DNA of 64,000 nt from Octopus bimaculoides (GCF_001194135.2 NC_068990.1:13728975-13792974), one strand, 5' to 3'; numbered from the stretch's first letter, positions 1 to 10,882 are shown. Numbers and translations: made by a program. Notes: generated by a model from the sequence alone, not told the origin.

Positions 1-89
1 TCTCTCCCTCTGTCTCTTTCTCTCTTTCTATATATATATANNNNNNNNNNNNNNNNNNNNNNNNNNNNNNNNNNNNNNNNNNNNNNNNN

Positions 90-489
90 TTAATTTAAGT
101 TTCAGCTCAGAGCTGCGGCCATGCTGATGCACCACCATGTTGCTACACTGTTATTACAGGGAGCCTCTTACAATATGTGGCACTTGGTGAAGAATGGAGC
201 TTGATTTAGCAACCCTCATTTGCACCTCCTGCCGCGAGGTAGGTTCATTTGGGACTCTCGATAGGAAGACGTCCAGCTTTGATTATAAAACTCCTACATC
301 TACTTTGTGCAGATTCCTCAGGCTCTTTGGGAGAATATTAAAAAGCTGTGGGCCCCTGAATCCCAAGCTGTTGCAGTAACTGGTCCTGAAGCGCGATGGC
401 ATTGCTGAGATCTTTGGCACTATGCAGTGTCGTCCCGTTCTGGCATTGGTGTAGCTTTCAATGCCAAAATTTGGCACAATTCCTTCCAT
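90..489 (-). mobile_element. 3' end of a CR1/L2-group non-LTR retrotransposon (ORF2 C-terminus, one in-frame stop, plus 3' UTR)
   Basis: The minus frame reads ...NSLGFRGPQLFNILPKSLRNLHKVDVGVL*SKLDVFLSRVPNEP...SSILHQVPHIVRGSL*. This matches the post-RT pattern RGPxLFNxLP...FKxxLDxFL...PDxP of CR1-group ORF2. The short 3' UTR ends GGTGGTGCATCAGCATGGCCGCAGCTCTGAGCTGAAAC. Confidence 0.8.
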
Positions 490-491
490 CT

Positions 492-565
<74 letters not shown>
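490..565. repeat. (AGAT)n microsatellite
   Basis: Direct reading. Confidence 0.98.
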
Positions 566-566
<1 letters not shown>

Positions 567-719
567 TATGTATAAACACACACACTTATTATGGTAACTC
601 TTGTTGATTTCGACGTATGAGTATTTGAAGGAGAAGACTTAAGGAAAATATGAAGAAGTGACAAAAAGGGGAAATAGTTTTTAACAATAACAGAACAAAA
701 GAAACTGTATCTATTTGCT

Positions 720-960
720 ATGGATGTGTTAATGTAATTTGAGTCCAAGTATGGATTTCGTGATGAAGCTGTAGAGATTTTAATGGTTGTTTCAGCTTAT
801 GCTTATACCTAAAGACAGGTCTTCCTCTACCGCGGCTTCCCTGTATTTGTTCAGCATACCACAAAAGTTTCGGAATGCGTTCACCTTTCATTTGAATAAC
901 ACGTCCTACCTATCAGCACTGAATTCTCAGAAGTGGTACACAGTCACTGATCTCGTAGTG
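720..960 (-). mobile_element. Degenerate RTE-clade LINE fragment (post-RT region)
   Basis: The minus frame reads LLRIQC**VGRVIQMKGERIPKLLWYAEQIQGSRGRGRPVFRYKHKLKQPLK. This matches the RTE pattern LRWxGHVxRMxxxRIPKxLLYGELxxGxRxRGRPxLRYKDxLK, with stops at the RW position. Confidence 0.8.
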
Positions 961-1079
961 ATCTAGTAACATGGTCATCCGCAGGACTGCCACCTTACAT
1001 TGGCAAAGATATTTTACTATAAAGTACGGTTGCTACTTAGATCTCATTCAAAGATTTAAAACTAGCTGTGACTCTCTAT

Positions 1080-1182
<103 letters not shown>

Positions 1183-1224
1183 TGAGTATGGTCGAGTAAG
1201 CTGCTATCTCTTGCCGGCAGTTGT

Positions 1225-1270
1225 CCAGCACCGAGGACGGGAAATTACCCAGAAACCATTGGTCTGTTGG
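1225..1270 (+). ncRNA. Minimal type-I hammerhead-ribozyme-like motif, family 3 (U4C core variant)
   Basis: CCAGCA-CCGAGGA-C-GGG aaatta CCC-A-GAAAC-CATTG-GTC-TGTTGG. It has a 6-bp stem I (CCAGCA/UGUUGG), a 3-bp stem II, a short stem III and a GUC cleavage triplet. Confidence 0.6.
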
Positions 1271-1356
1271 TACTAGATTTCAGACACAGATAGTGTGTCG
1301 ATAACCAGCTGCAAAAGATGTTTTCTTGAGGTTATATATATATATTCTTCCATCTA

Positions 1357-1400
1357 ACGGCGGTGCATCAGCATGGTCGCAGCTCTGAGCTGAAACTATT
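1357..1400 (+). mobile_element. Isolated 3' tail of the CR1-like LINE seen at 90-489
   Basis: GGCGGTGCATCAGCATGGTCGCAGCTCTGAGCTGAAAC is nearly identical to the reverse complement of 99-136. Confidence 0.75.
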
Positions 1401-1934
1401 AAATATATATAATTAATAATATCCAAGGGTAATTAGAAATATTAGAAATGTCTACTACCAGTGGCCTAGCGTGTAAAAGTTTAGTCCATAGACTATATAT
1501 TATTCATAAAGATACAGTGTACATTTAAACACATAAGAAGTATCTATCATAGGATTCCCTCACGCTAGAAAGAACAGCTAATTTCCAAACCACTATTAGA
1601 GATAAGGGAATGAAAAATAAAAACTTTTAGCATCTACCTCCTGAACCATGGTTTCTGACTTTTTTTAGGAAATAAAATAATTTGCCAAGCGAAGTCTTCT
1701 TCAGCAGGTACACCCAGATTAAACATATATATACGAGGCAATCCAGTATATGCCCCATGCTTATACATTCTTGCAGATCCTTGTGGGCAGTAAATAAAAA
1801 AATTCTAATTACCCTTTAATAATTCTGAATAATTTTCGAATTTTTAACGTCGGAACATTTTATGTGTTTAAATGTACANNNNNNNNNNNNNNNNNNNNNT
1901 ATATATATACTCTTCTTCCTAGCTCTCCTTTGGG

Positions 1935-2129
1935 ACCCTTCTGTCCGGCATTCGCCATGATAGATCGCTAGCCACTACACATTCTTTATTTTCTGTCCTC
2001 GTTTCTTTCTGTCGAAGAGCGTAGGCTCAAAACGTTAAAGACTTTTTCACTTCCCGAGCGTTAAACTAATACATCTGTTTGTTGTCTACACCACCTGCCT
2101 TCCTCTTTTACTTTTTTTGTGATTTCTCG

Positions 2130-2130
<1 letters not shown>
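1935..2130 (+). mobile_element. Penelope-like terminal-repeat fragment carrying a decayed family-1 hammerhead (2005-2040, G12A)
   Basis: CTTT-CTGTCGA-A-GAGC gtag GCTC-AAAAC-GTT-AAAG. The flanks align by eye with 10120-10325, 10345-10516 and 14070-14190. Confidence 0.6.
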
Positions 2131-2181
<51 letters not shown>

Positions 2182-2295
2182 GGGGGGAGAAGAGAGAGAG
2201 AGAGACAGAGAGAGAGAGAGACAGACAGACACAGAGAGAGAGACAGACACAGAGAGAGAGACAGAGACAGAGGGAGAGTGAGAGAGAGAGAGAGC
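2130..2295. repeat. (TA)n/(GA)n/(GACA)n compound microsatellite
   Basis: Direct reading; this explains the ORFs at 2079-2378 and 2086-2619. Confidence 0.95.
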
Positions 2296-2357
2296 TAGTT
2301 GGAGAGATACAAAGAAATACAAGTTCAAAAAATACACAAACTTCACTTTTGAATATT

Positions 2358-2753
2358 TGTTGTTGTTGTTGTTGTTGATGGCACTCCGTCGCTTACGACG
2401 TCGAGGGTTCCAGTTGATCCGACCAACGGAACAGCCTGCTCGTGAAATTAAGGTGCAAGTGTTTGAGCACTCCACAGACACGTGTGAACTTAACGTAGTT
2501 CTCGGATATTCAGCGTGACACAGTGTGACAAGGCTGACTCTTTGAATTACAGGCACAACAGAAACAGGAAGTAAGAGTGAGAGAAAGTGGTGGTGAAAGA
2601 GTACAGCAGGGTTCGCCACAATCCCTTCCCGGTGCCTAGTGGAGCTTTAGGTGCTTTCGCTCAATAAATACCCACAACGCCCGGTCTGGGAATCGAAACC
2701 GCGATACTATGACTGCAAGTCCGCTGCCCTAACCACTGGGCCATTGGGCCTCC
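2358..2753 (-). mobile_element. Full-length tRNA-derived SINE, family A, (CAA)n tail
   Basis: The reverse complement starts GGAGGC(C)CAATGGCCCAGTGGTTAGGGCAGCGG with A and B boxes. It ends GGAACCCTCGACGTCGTAAGCGACGGAGTGCC(AAC)n and matches 37713 and 60705. Confidence 0.9.
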
Positions 2754-3059
2754 ACACTTTGGAAAATATTCACAGCTAAACAGTAAAATGCAAATATGTC
2801 CCCATGTATATTCACAAGCTGGACTGTAATATATGTAATAATTTAGATTCTTATTAGTAAGCAATACAAGCTCACATGCTGATAGACAGACAGACACATA
2901 AAGAACAGGTGGTTAAATATCTCATTATGTTGTAAAGCACGTTTATAGCGAATACGCATTGAATTATGCATAAATAAGAAACGTACTGAGACACGCGCAA
3001 ATAGAAAAATGGAAGCGAATGGCAGCACAACTTTTAATGCTGTCAATCATGTGTCAATA

Positions 3060-3188
3060 CATATATATATGTATTTTATATATGTGTGTGGGTGTGTGAG
3101 TGTGTGAGTGAGTGTGTGTATGTGTGTGTATACATACTCACACACACACACACACACACATACACACACACACACACATACACGCACG

Positions 3189-3287
<99 letters not shown>

Positions 3288-3712
3288 CTTGTGTATTTGC
3301 ACACATGCACTTACACTAATAAAAATAGGTGATTACCAGATGATACAGAGGGCCGCATAGAACCATACAAAATAAGCCGCAGAGCAACAAAGATTGCCTG
3401 CCGAATAGACATCATCTCGCTTATGTGTTTTCCTGCATCTATCTATCTATATATATATATATATATATATACACATAAACAGACACACACACACACCTAT
3501 GCGCACATATAGACACACGTATATACACACACATATTTCTATTTATGTGTGCATATAAGTATATATATGCACACCCATATTTGTTTATGCACATATATAT
3601 GTACATATACATGTGAGTGTGTGTATGTATACATATACATGCATTAATAATAAATATACATACATATACACTCACACACACATACACATATATAAGTTTA
3701 CATGTATGTATG

Positions 3713-3760
<48 letters not shown>

Positions 3761-3819
3761 CAAATATACATATATGCATGTTTATATAGCCAGCGAGACG
3801 GACAGAGAAGTAGACAGAC

Positions 3820-3876
<57 letters not shown>

Positions 3877-3900
3877 TACAGACATAGATTTAACAATGCA
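3060..3900. repeat. Block of (GT)n/(CA)n/(TA)n/(AGAT)n microsatellites
   Basis: Direct reading; source of the IYIY/THTH ORFs. Confidence 0.95.
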
Positions 3901-4674
3901 GTTGATCACACATACATATGTATATTTAAGTACGTATATCTCTGGGAGTCTGTGTCTGTGCGATGCACACCTTTATACATAAAGAGTCATACACACTGAA
4001 ACATTGACTTGTGCATACTATCATACATGCATATGTGCCCATTTATGTGTGTGTGAGTATTTTATGTATACGCATATATATACATATACATACACACTTA
4101 TATATACACGTATAAATATACATACATTTACGCATATATATATATATATANNNNNNNNNNNNNNNNNNNNNNNNNNNNNNNNNNNNNNNNNNNNNNNNNN
4201 NNNNNNNNNNNNNNNNNNNNNNNNNNNNNNNNNNNNNNNNNNNNNNNNNNNNNNNNNNNNNNNNNNNNNNNNNNNNNNNNNNNNNNNNNNNNNNNNNNNN
4301 NNNNNNNNNNNNNNNNNNNNNNNNNNNNNNNNNNNNNNNNNNNNNNNNNNNNNNNNNNNNNNNNNNNNNNNNNNNNNNNNNNNNNNNNNNNNNNNNNNNN
4401 NNNNNNNNNNNNNNNNNNNNNNNNNNNNNNNNNNNNNNNNNNNNNNNNNNNNNNNNNNNNNNNNNNNNNNNNNNNNNNNNNNNNNNNNNNNNNNNNNNNN
4501 NNNNNNNNNNNNNNNNNNNNNNNNNNNNNNNNNNNNNNNNNNNNNNNNNNNNNNNNNNNNNNNNNNNNNNNNNNNNNNNNNNNNNNNNNNNNNNNNNNNN
4601 NNNNNNNNNNNNNNNNNNNNNNNNNNNNNNNNNNNNNNNNNNNNNNNNNNNNNNNNNNNNNNNNNNNNNNNNNN

Positions 4675-4745
4675 TTTGTTCGACTAAAAAGGCGGTGCTC
4701 AAGCATGGTCGTAGTCAAATAACTGAAACAAATAAAAGATTGAAA
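4675..4745 (+). mobile_element. 3' tail of SINE family B (rest hidden in gap)
   Basis: TCGACTAAAAAGGCGGTGCTCAAGCATGGTCGTAGTCAAATAACTGAAACAAATAAAAGA. Confidence 0.8.
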
Positions 4746-4777
4746 AAAAAAAGAATACACTTAGTATATACACACAT

Positions 4778-4836
<59 letters not shown>

Positions 4837-5245
4837 TTCACTCACACACACACAAGCACTGATGAACATGGCGTCATTAGATGTTTTGGTCGAACGTTGC
4901 GGACTCATCTTTCATTCTCGTTTGTGGTCCCCATCATGTTTACTATCCTTTGAGTACTGGAAAGCATATTTGATATCAGCAGTATTTGTCCTTACAGCAT
5001 AAGAATGGAGTAACTAAATGACACAAAACATTTTAACCAACCCTGTAAAGAATCTTCCAGCATACCGTTTATCTCGTTCACTTGGTCTCACATTCCTTGG
5101 ACTCTCGTATCTTAGTCAGGTTCATCCACGTAATTAATCAAAATTAATTAGATTTATTTAGTTAGACCACAGTTGGGTCTTCCTGCACATTTTTCATTCA
5201 TTCCTTTAATTCTCTGTGTCGGTTATTATTAACATTAATAATATA

Positions 5246-5925
5246 TAAGGTAACGAGCTGGCACCATCGTTACCACCCCGGACAAAATGTTTCGCAGCAT
5301 TTCGTCCGTGTTTATTTTCTGAGTTAATATTTCACCGAAATCAACTTTGTCTTTCATTCTCCCGGAATCGATAAAATATGAACCATTTGAACACTGGGGT
5401 CAATGTAATAGACATACATCACTACCACCACCCAAAATTGCTGGCCTTGTGTCAAAATTTGAAACTAATATTGGTATATAAGCCGGCGATCTGGCAGAAT
5501 CGTTAGCACACCGGAGAAAATGTTTAGTGGCATTTCGTCTGCCTTGAGTTCAATTTCTGCCGAGACCAATTTTACCTTTAATCTCTTCGGGGTCAATGAA
5601 ATAAGTACCTGTCTCCTTTCCCTAAATTTTAGGCCTTGCGCCTATAGTATGAAGGATTATCAATATTAATATTATATAAGGCGATGAGGTGGCAGAATCG
5701 TTAGCACACCAAATGTTCAGCGGCGTTTCCTCTGTCTTTTATGTTCTGAGTTCAAATTCCGCCGAGGTCAACTTTGCCTTTAATCGTTTTGTGGTCGATA
5801 AAATAATTACCAATAGAGCATTCGGGTCGATAAAATAATTACCAATAGAGCATTGGGTTCGATGTAATCGACTTATCCCGTCCAGCGAAATTACTGGCCT
5901 TGCGCCAACATTTGAAATCAATATT
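5246..5925 (+). mobile_element. Three head-to-tail copies of SINE family C
   Basis: The head GCTGGCAGAATCGTTAGCAC-like starts near 5250, 5483 and 5680. The central GCCTTTCATCCTTTCGGGGTCGATAAAATAAGTACC-like domain resembles the Meta-SINE domain (from memory). Confidence 0.85.
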
Positions 5926-6461
5926 AATCTTGTATGCTATACTTCAATTAGCCATGGTAGAAATCAATCCAGCAGTAAATAACAATTGTGTAGACACCTT
6001 AGTAACTGCTTTTGATTCTGTCGTTATCACTACAGAAGAGACTCGACAATGAGTTGCCTTTACGTATTCATTCAATAGCGAATACACGAAATGTATATTA
6101 AATCATGACCAACAATTCCGTTAAGATTTCAATGCTAATCCTAGAATAATGGAACTAAATACTATAATTTACTTTTTATGCTCCACTCACTTCCTGTCAC
6201 TCTAAGATTCTTTATGAAACAATAATGATACTATACTTAGGTAACAACCTTACATATTCGTTAGAATGGAGATTTCAAGTGTAATACGCAAAACATTTGA
6301 AAAGAAATTAGTTTTGTGTTTTTCAGAAAAGAAAATTATTGTTCTATAGACAAGGTCAGTTTTGATCGTGCAGACATAACACGATCGATTTGTTACCTGT
6401 TTTACAATAATCTGGCTGAGTTTGAAGGAGATAAAACTACTGTTTCAAGCATGTCAAGCAC

Positions 6462-6968
6462 TTGCGTAGAGTCACTTTCACTGACTCCAGGAAAGATAGC
6501 TGTTGTTTGATGCATTCCAAGCAATTGCGTAGAGTCATTTTCACTGACTCCAGAAAAGATAGCTGTTGTTTGATGCATGCCAAGCAATTGCGTAGAGTCA
6601 TTTTCACTGACTCCAGGAAAGATAGCTGTTGTTTGATGCATGCCAAGCAATTGCGTAGAGTCACTGACTCCAGGAAAGATAGCGGTTGTTTGATGCCTTC
6701 CAAGCAATTGTGTCGAGTCACTTGCACTGACTCCAGGAAAGATAGCGGTTGTTTGATGCCTTCCAAGCAATTGCGTAGAGTCACTTTCACTGACTCCAGG
6801 AAAGATAGCTGTTGTTTGATGCATGCCAAGCAATTGCGTAGAGTCACTGACTCCAGGAAAGATAACGGTTGTTTGATGCCTTCCAAGCAATTGTGTCGAG
6901 TCACTTGCACTGACTCCAGGAAAGATAGCGGTTGTTTGATGCCTTCCAAGTAATTGCGTAGAGTTACT
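6462..6968. repeat. Minisatellite of 63/57-bp units (8 full + 1 partial) with a 183-bp higher-order repeat
   Basis: Units start at 6462, 6525, 6588, 6651, 6708, 6771, 6834, 6891 and 6954. Consensus: TTGCGTAGAGTCACTTTCACTGACTCCAGGAAAGATAGCTGTTGTTTGATGCATGCCAAGCAA. Confidence 0.95.
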
Positions 6969-7993
6969 TACACAGACCCCAAGAAGCAGAGAAAAGTTAT
7001 TTGTTGGACTTCAACTTAGGACATAGGCGTACATAATATAAACAAATTATTCCACGGCTCTACTACTTTATCCACATAACTATTGCACTTGAGTTTTGTA
7101 AAAGAGTCACAAATTATGACAAAGGAAGATGATTCAGATAGTGAGACTTCAACCATTACATTTGCCTTCTCAGTTTAAATACAAAATATATCATTTTTCT
7201 TTGTTTGTGTCCTCCACACACACATACACACACGCACACACACACACACACACACATACGCACACATACGCACACACACGCACACACAGAAAACACATAC
7301 ACACACTCGCACTCTCGCTCTCGCTCTTTCACTCTCCTTTGTGAGAGTGCGTTTGTGAATGCATGTGTTGTGCGTGAGTGTATACATACATGCATACATA
7401 CATTCATACATACATACATATATTCATACATACATTCATACGAACACACACGCACATATTACGAGGAGTTAATTGACTTATTCAACTCATAAAAACTTGC
7501 GCCGCGCGCCTTTCATTCTTCTCCAAATGTTTAGCTTTTATTATTCATGCTTCATATTATTTTATCCACCATTCTTTCAGCAGATGTTTGCAAGGTGTGA
7601 GATCAATAGAAAAACTTCCTAGAAGGACATTAGAACGTATTATCTTTCTCTATTGAGGAGCCTAACTAAGACGAGTTAGATTTCTCGAAGTAAACATAGA
7701 AGCCAATATAAACTTGCATTTGTTAAGAGATCAAACGATGTCCGATGAATCTATATTAACACCTGCATGTTGAGAATCTCGACAGAATTTGTTCAGCCTC
7801 ACATGTATATATCCACTTTCACAATTTGTAAACACTAACTTGACAACGCACGAAGCCAGCCAAACCACATCGAAATGAAGGGTTGATTCGCTAGAAGTAA
7901 TATTAAAGGGAAAAAATCACCCTCAAATCATACGTTACTTCTTTCAGGTGAGAGAGAATTTGGTTGGTAAAACCTGTGAAAACCTGTCGTATG

Positions 7994-8029
<36 letters not shown>

Positions 8030-8761
8030 NNNNNNNNNNNNNNNNNNNNNNNNNNNNNNNNNNNNNNNNNNNNNNNNNNNNNNNNNNNNNNNNNNNNNNN
8101 NNNNNNNNNNNNNNNNNNNNNNNNNNNNNNNNNNNNNNNNNNNNNNNNNNNNNNNNNNNNNNNNNNNNNNNNNNNNNNNNNNNNNNNNNNNNNNNNNNNN
8201 NNNNNNNNNNNNNNNNNNNNNNNNNNNNNNNNNNNNNNNNNNNNNNNNNNNNNNNNNNNNNNNNNNNNNNNNNNNNNNNNNNNNNNNNNNNNNNNNNNNN
8301 NNNNNNNNNNNNNNNNNNNNNNNNNNNNNNNNNNNNNNNNNNNNNNNNNNNNNNNNNNNNNNNNNNNNNNNNNNNNNNNNNNNNNNNNNNNNNNNNNNNN
8401 NNNNNNNNNNNNNNNNNNNNNNNNNNNNNNNNNNNNNNNNNNNNNNNNNNNNNNNNNNNNNNNNNNNNNNNNNNNNNNNNNNNNNNNNNNNNNNNNNNNN
8501 NNNNNNNNNNNNNNNNNNNNNNNNNNNNNNNNNNNNNNNNNNNNNNNNNNNNNNNNNNNNNNNNNNNNNNNNNNNNNNNNNNNNNNNNNNNNNNNNNNNN
8601 NNNNNNNNNNNNNNNNNNNNNNNNNNNNNNNNNNNNNNNNNNNNNNNNNNNNNNNNNNNNNNNNNNNNNNNNNNNNNNNNNNNNNNNNNNNNNNNNNNNN
8701 NNNNNNNNNNNNNNNNNNNNNNNNNNNNNNNNNNNNNNNNNNNNNNNNNNNNNNNNNNNNN

Positions 8762-8826
<65 letters not shown>

Positions 8827-8829
8827 TGT

Positions 8830-9415
8830 GTGTTCACATCCGCTGGGCAGATAATTTCTACAACTGTGCAGTTTCTCTTTTCTATCCCAGATCATTATAT
8901 CAGGTCTGTTGTCCTTAGATTTTATTGAGGTCTTCACTGCAACATTCCATCTGTATTCCTTTTCATTATGAGTGGCTATAGCTTCTACCATATTGTGGGC
9001 TTATATTTCTTTATCCTCGGGATTATACTTCCGACGGATTTCATTATAGAGTGTCCTAGCTACAGCATCATTTCTCATCGGTAGATAATACCATGATGAC
9101 AGTTTTGGACAACTGCTTATGACGTGGGTGATATCTTGAATGTGAACTCCATAGAGTCTGCATCGGTTGTCACGTTTTACGGCTTTTCCTGCATCTCTAT
9201 CCCTTATATGCACTATGTACTTTGTTGATATTTCCTGTTCCTGGATACCAAACGCCTACCCTTCAAAGTGGGAGGTAATAATCGAGCTATGTATCCACGA
9301 GAATCTGATGTGATGGTCGATGTTACTATCATCTCAGAGCTTTCTACAAATATATCCATGCATAGTCTTCTGCTCATATAGGCTTATCCTTTCATCTGAT
9401 GAGACGTTGCACTAG
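8830..9415 (-). mobile_element. R4/Dong-like non-LTR retrotransposon fragment (CCHC knuckle + restriction-like endonuclease)
   Basis: The minus strand gives QKTMHG...SHFEG*AFGIQEQEISTKY...CRLYGVHIQDITHVISSCPKLSSWYYLPMRNDAVARTLY...WNVAVKTSIKSKDNRPDIMIWDRKEK. The K-MHG, IQDQ-I-T, C-x2-C-x7-H-x4-C, RHD and NRPD motifs are typical of R4-clade RLE elements. Confidence 0.85.
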
Positions 9416-9596
9416 AGTTGGCTGACTTCTATGTATGTATGTATGTATGTATGTTTGTATGTATGTATGTATGTATGAATGTATGTATGTATGTATGTAT
9501 GTATGTACGTATGTATGTACTACGAACGTATGTATGTGTGTATCTATATGTACATATATATATATATATATGTTTATATATATATATATATATTTT

Positions 9597-9790
9597 TTAT
9601 TTTACTTGTTTCAGTCATTTGACTGCGGCCATGCTGGAGCACCGCCTTTAGTCGAACAAATCGACCCCAGTACGTATTCTTTGTAAGTCTAGTACTTATT
9701 CTATCGGTCAGTTTTGCCGAACCACTAAGTTACGGGGACGTAAACACACAATCATCGGTTGTAAAGCAATGTTGGGGGACAAACAGACAC
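9597..9790 (-). mobile_element. SINE family B, 3' half
   Basis: Reverse complement of the family-B tail and ACGTCCCCGTAACTTAGTGGTTCGGCAAAA body. Confidence 0.85.
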
Positions 9791-9802
9791 GCAAACATAT
9801 AC

Positions 9803-9862
<60 letters not shown>

Positions 9863-10221
9863 GTACATACATACACACACAAATTCGAAACAAGATATAT
9901 ATGCATTTATGTATGTCTATATAAATCAACAATAGTGCACAATACGATCCATAATGGTAGATTCTGAGATGTGTAAAGTTACAATAGTAATCCGTGTGGA
10001 GTGATGCTATGGTGGTAAAGAAAGATACCAAAGTTCCGAGAAGAAATTAAGAGAAATGTGGGTCCAAGAGAGGAAGAAGTTCAGGCAAGCAGGATCAAAT
10101 TGAGACAACCATGTGAGCGTTTATTATATAAGGTTCGAATGTACAGAAAACAAGAGAGAAAGATAGGTGAGGGAAAAGCAAGCATGTGTATTAGTTTGGC
10201 GCTCAAGAAAAACGATAAAAT

Positions 10222-10257
10222 CTTTGACGTTTCGAGCCTAAGCTCTTCGGCAGAAAA
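10222..10257 (-). ncRNA. Minimal type-I hammerhead-like motif, family 1 (A6C), best-preserved copy
   Basis: Reverse complement: TTTT-CTGCCGA-A-GAGC ttag GCTC-GAAAC-GTC-AAAG. Confidence 0.65.
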
Positions 10258-10396
10258 GGATGAGAGGATAAAAATGGAGAGACAGAAAAATGGAGAGAGA
10301 GAAAAATGTGTTGGGATTAACGGTTCCACTTATTGAAAAATGTTGAACCGTTAATTCCGACATATTTTCTTCTCTCTCCTTTTTTTCCACTCATCT

Positions 10397-10432
10397 CTTT
10401 CTGTCGAAGAGCCTAGGTTCGAAACTTCAAAG
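10397..10432 (+). ncRNA. Minimal type-I hammerhead-like motif, family 1 (A6U, G16.2U)
   Basis: CTTT-CTGTCGA-A-GAGC ctag GTTC-GAAAC-TTC-AAAG. Confidence 0.55.
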
Positions 10433-10545
10433 ACTTTTTCTTTGTCCTAAGCATCAAACTTATATACCTGCAAGTTTTTCCATCACCTACCATTGTCTTT
10501 TGTTTTCCATACATTAATAACACGCACACAGACACACACACATAC

Positions 10546-10630
<85 letters not shown>

Positions 10631-10839
10631 NNNNNNNNNNNNNNNNNNNNNNNNNNNNNNNNNNNNNNNNNNNNNNNNNNNNNNNNNNNNNNNNNNNNNN
10701 NNNNNNNNNNNNNNNNNNNNNNNNNNNNNNNNNNNNNNNNNNNNNNNNNNNNNNNNNNNNNNNNNNNNNNNNNNNNNNNNNNNNNNNNNNNTATATATAT
10801 ATATATATACATATAATATATGTGTGTGTGTGTGTGTCT

Positions 10840-10882
<43 letters not shown>

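Larger units (their letters stand above)
10120..10516. mobile_element. Head-to-head inverted pair of Penelope-like terminal repeats, one family-1 hammerhead per arm
   Basis: Centre near 10335 (AATGTGTTGGGATTAACGGTTC ... GAACCGTTAATTCCGACATATT). The arms stay alignable outward for about 190 bp. Confidence 0.75.

Noticed and set aside
6462-6968. CRISPR-like regular repeat with hairpins
   Set aside because: There are no unique spacers, the units are contiguous, no cas genes are present, and the context is eukaryotic.
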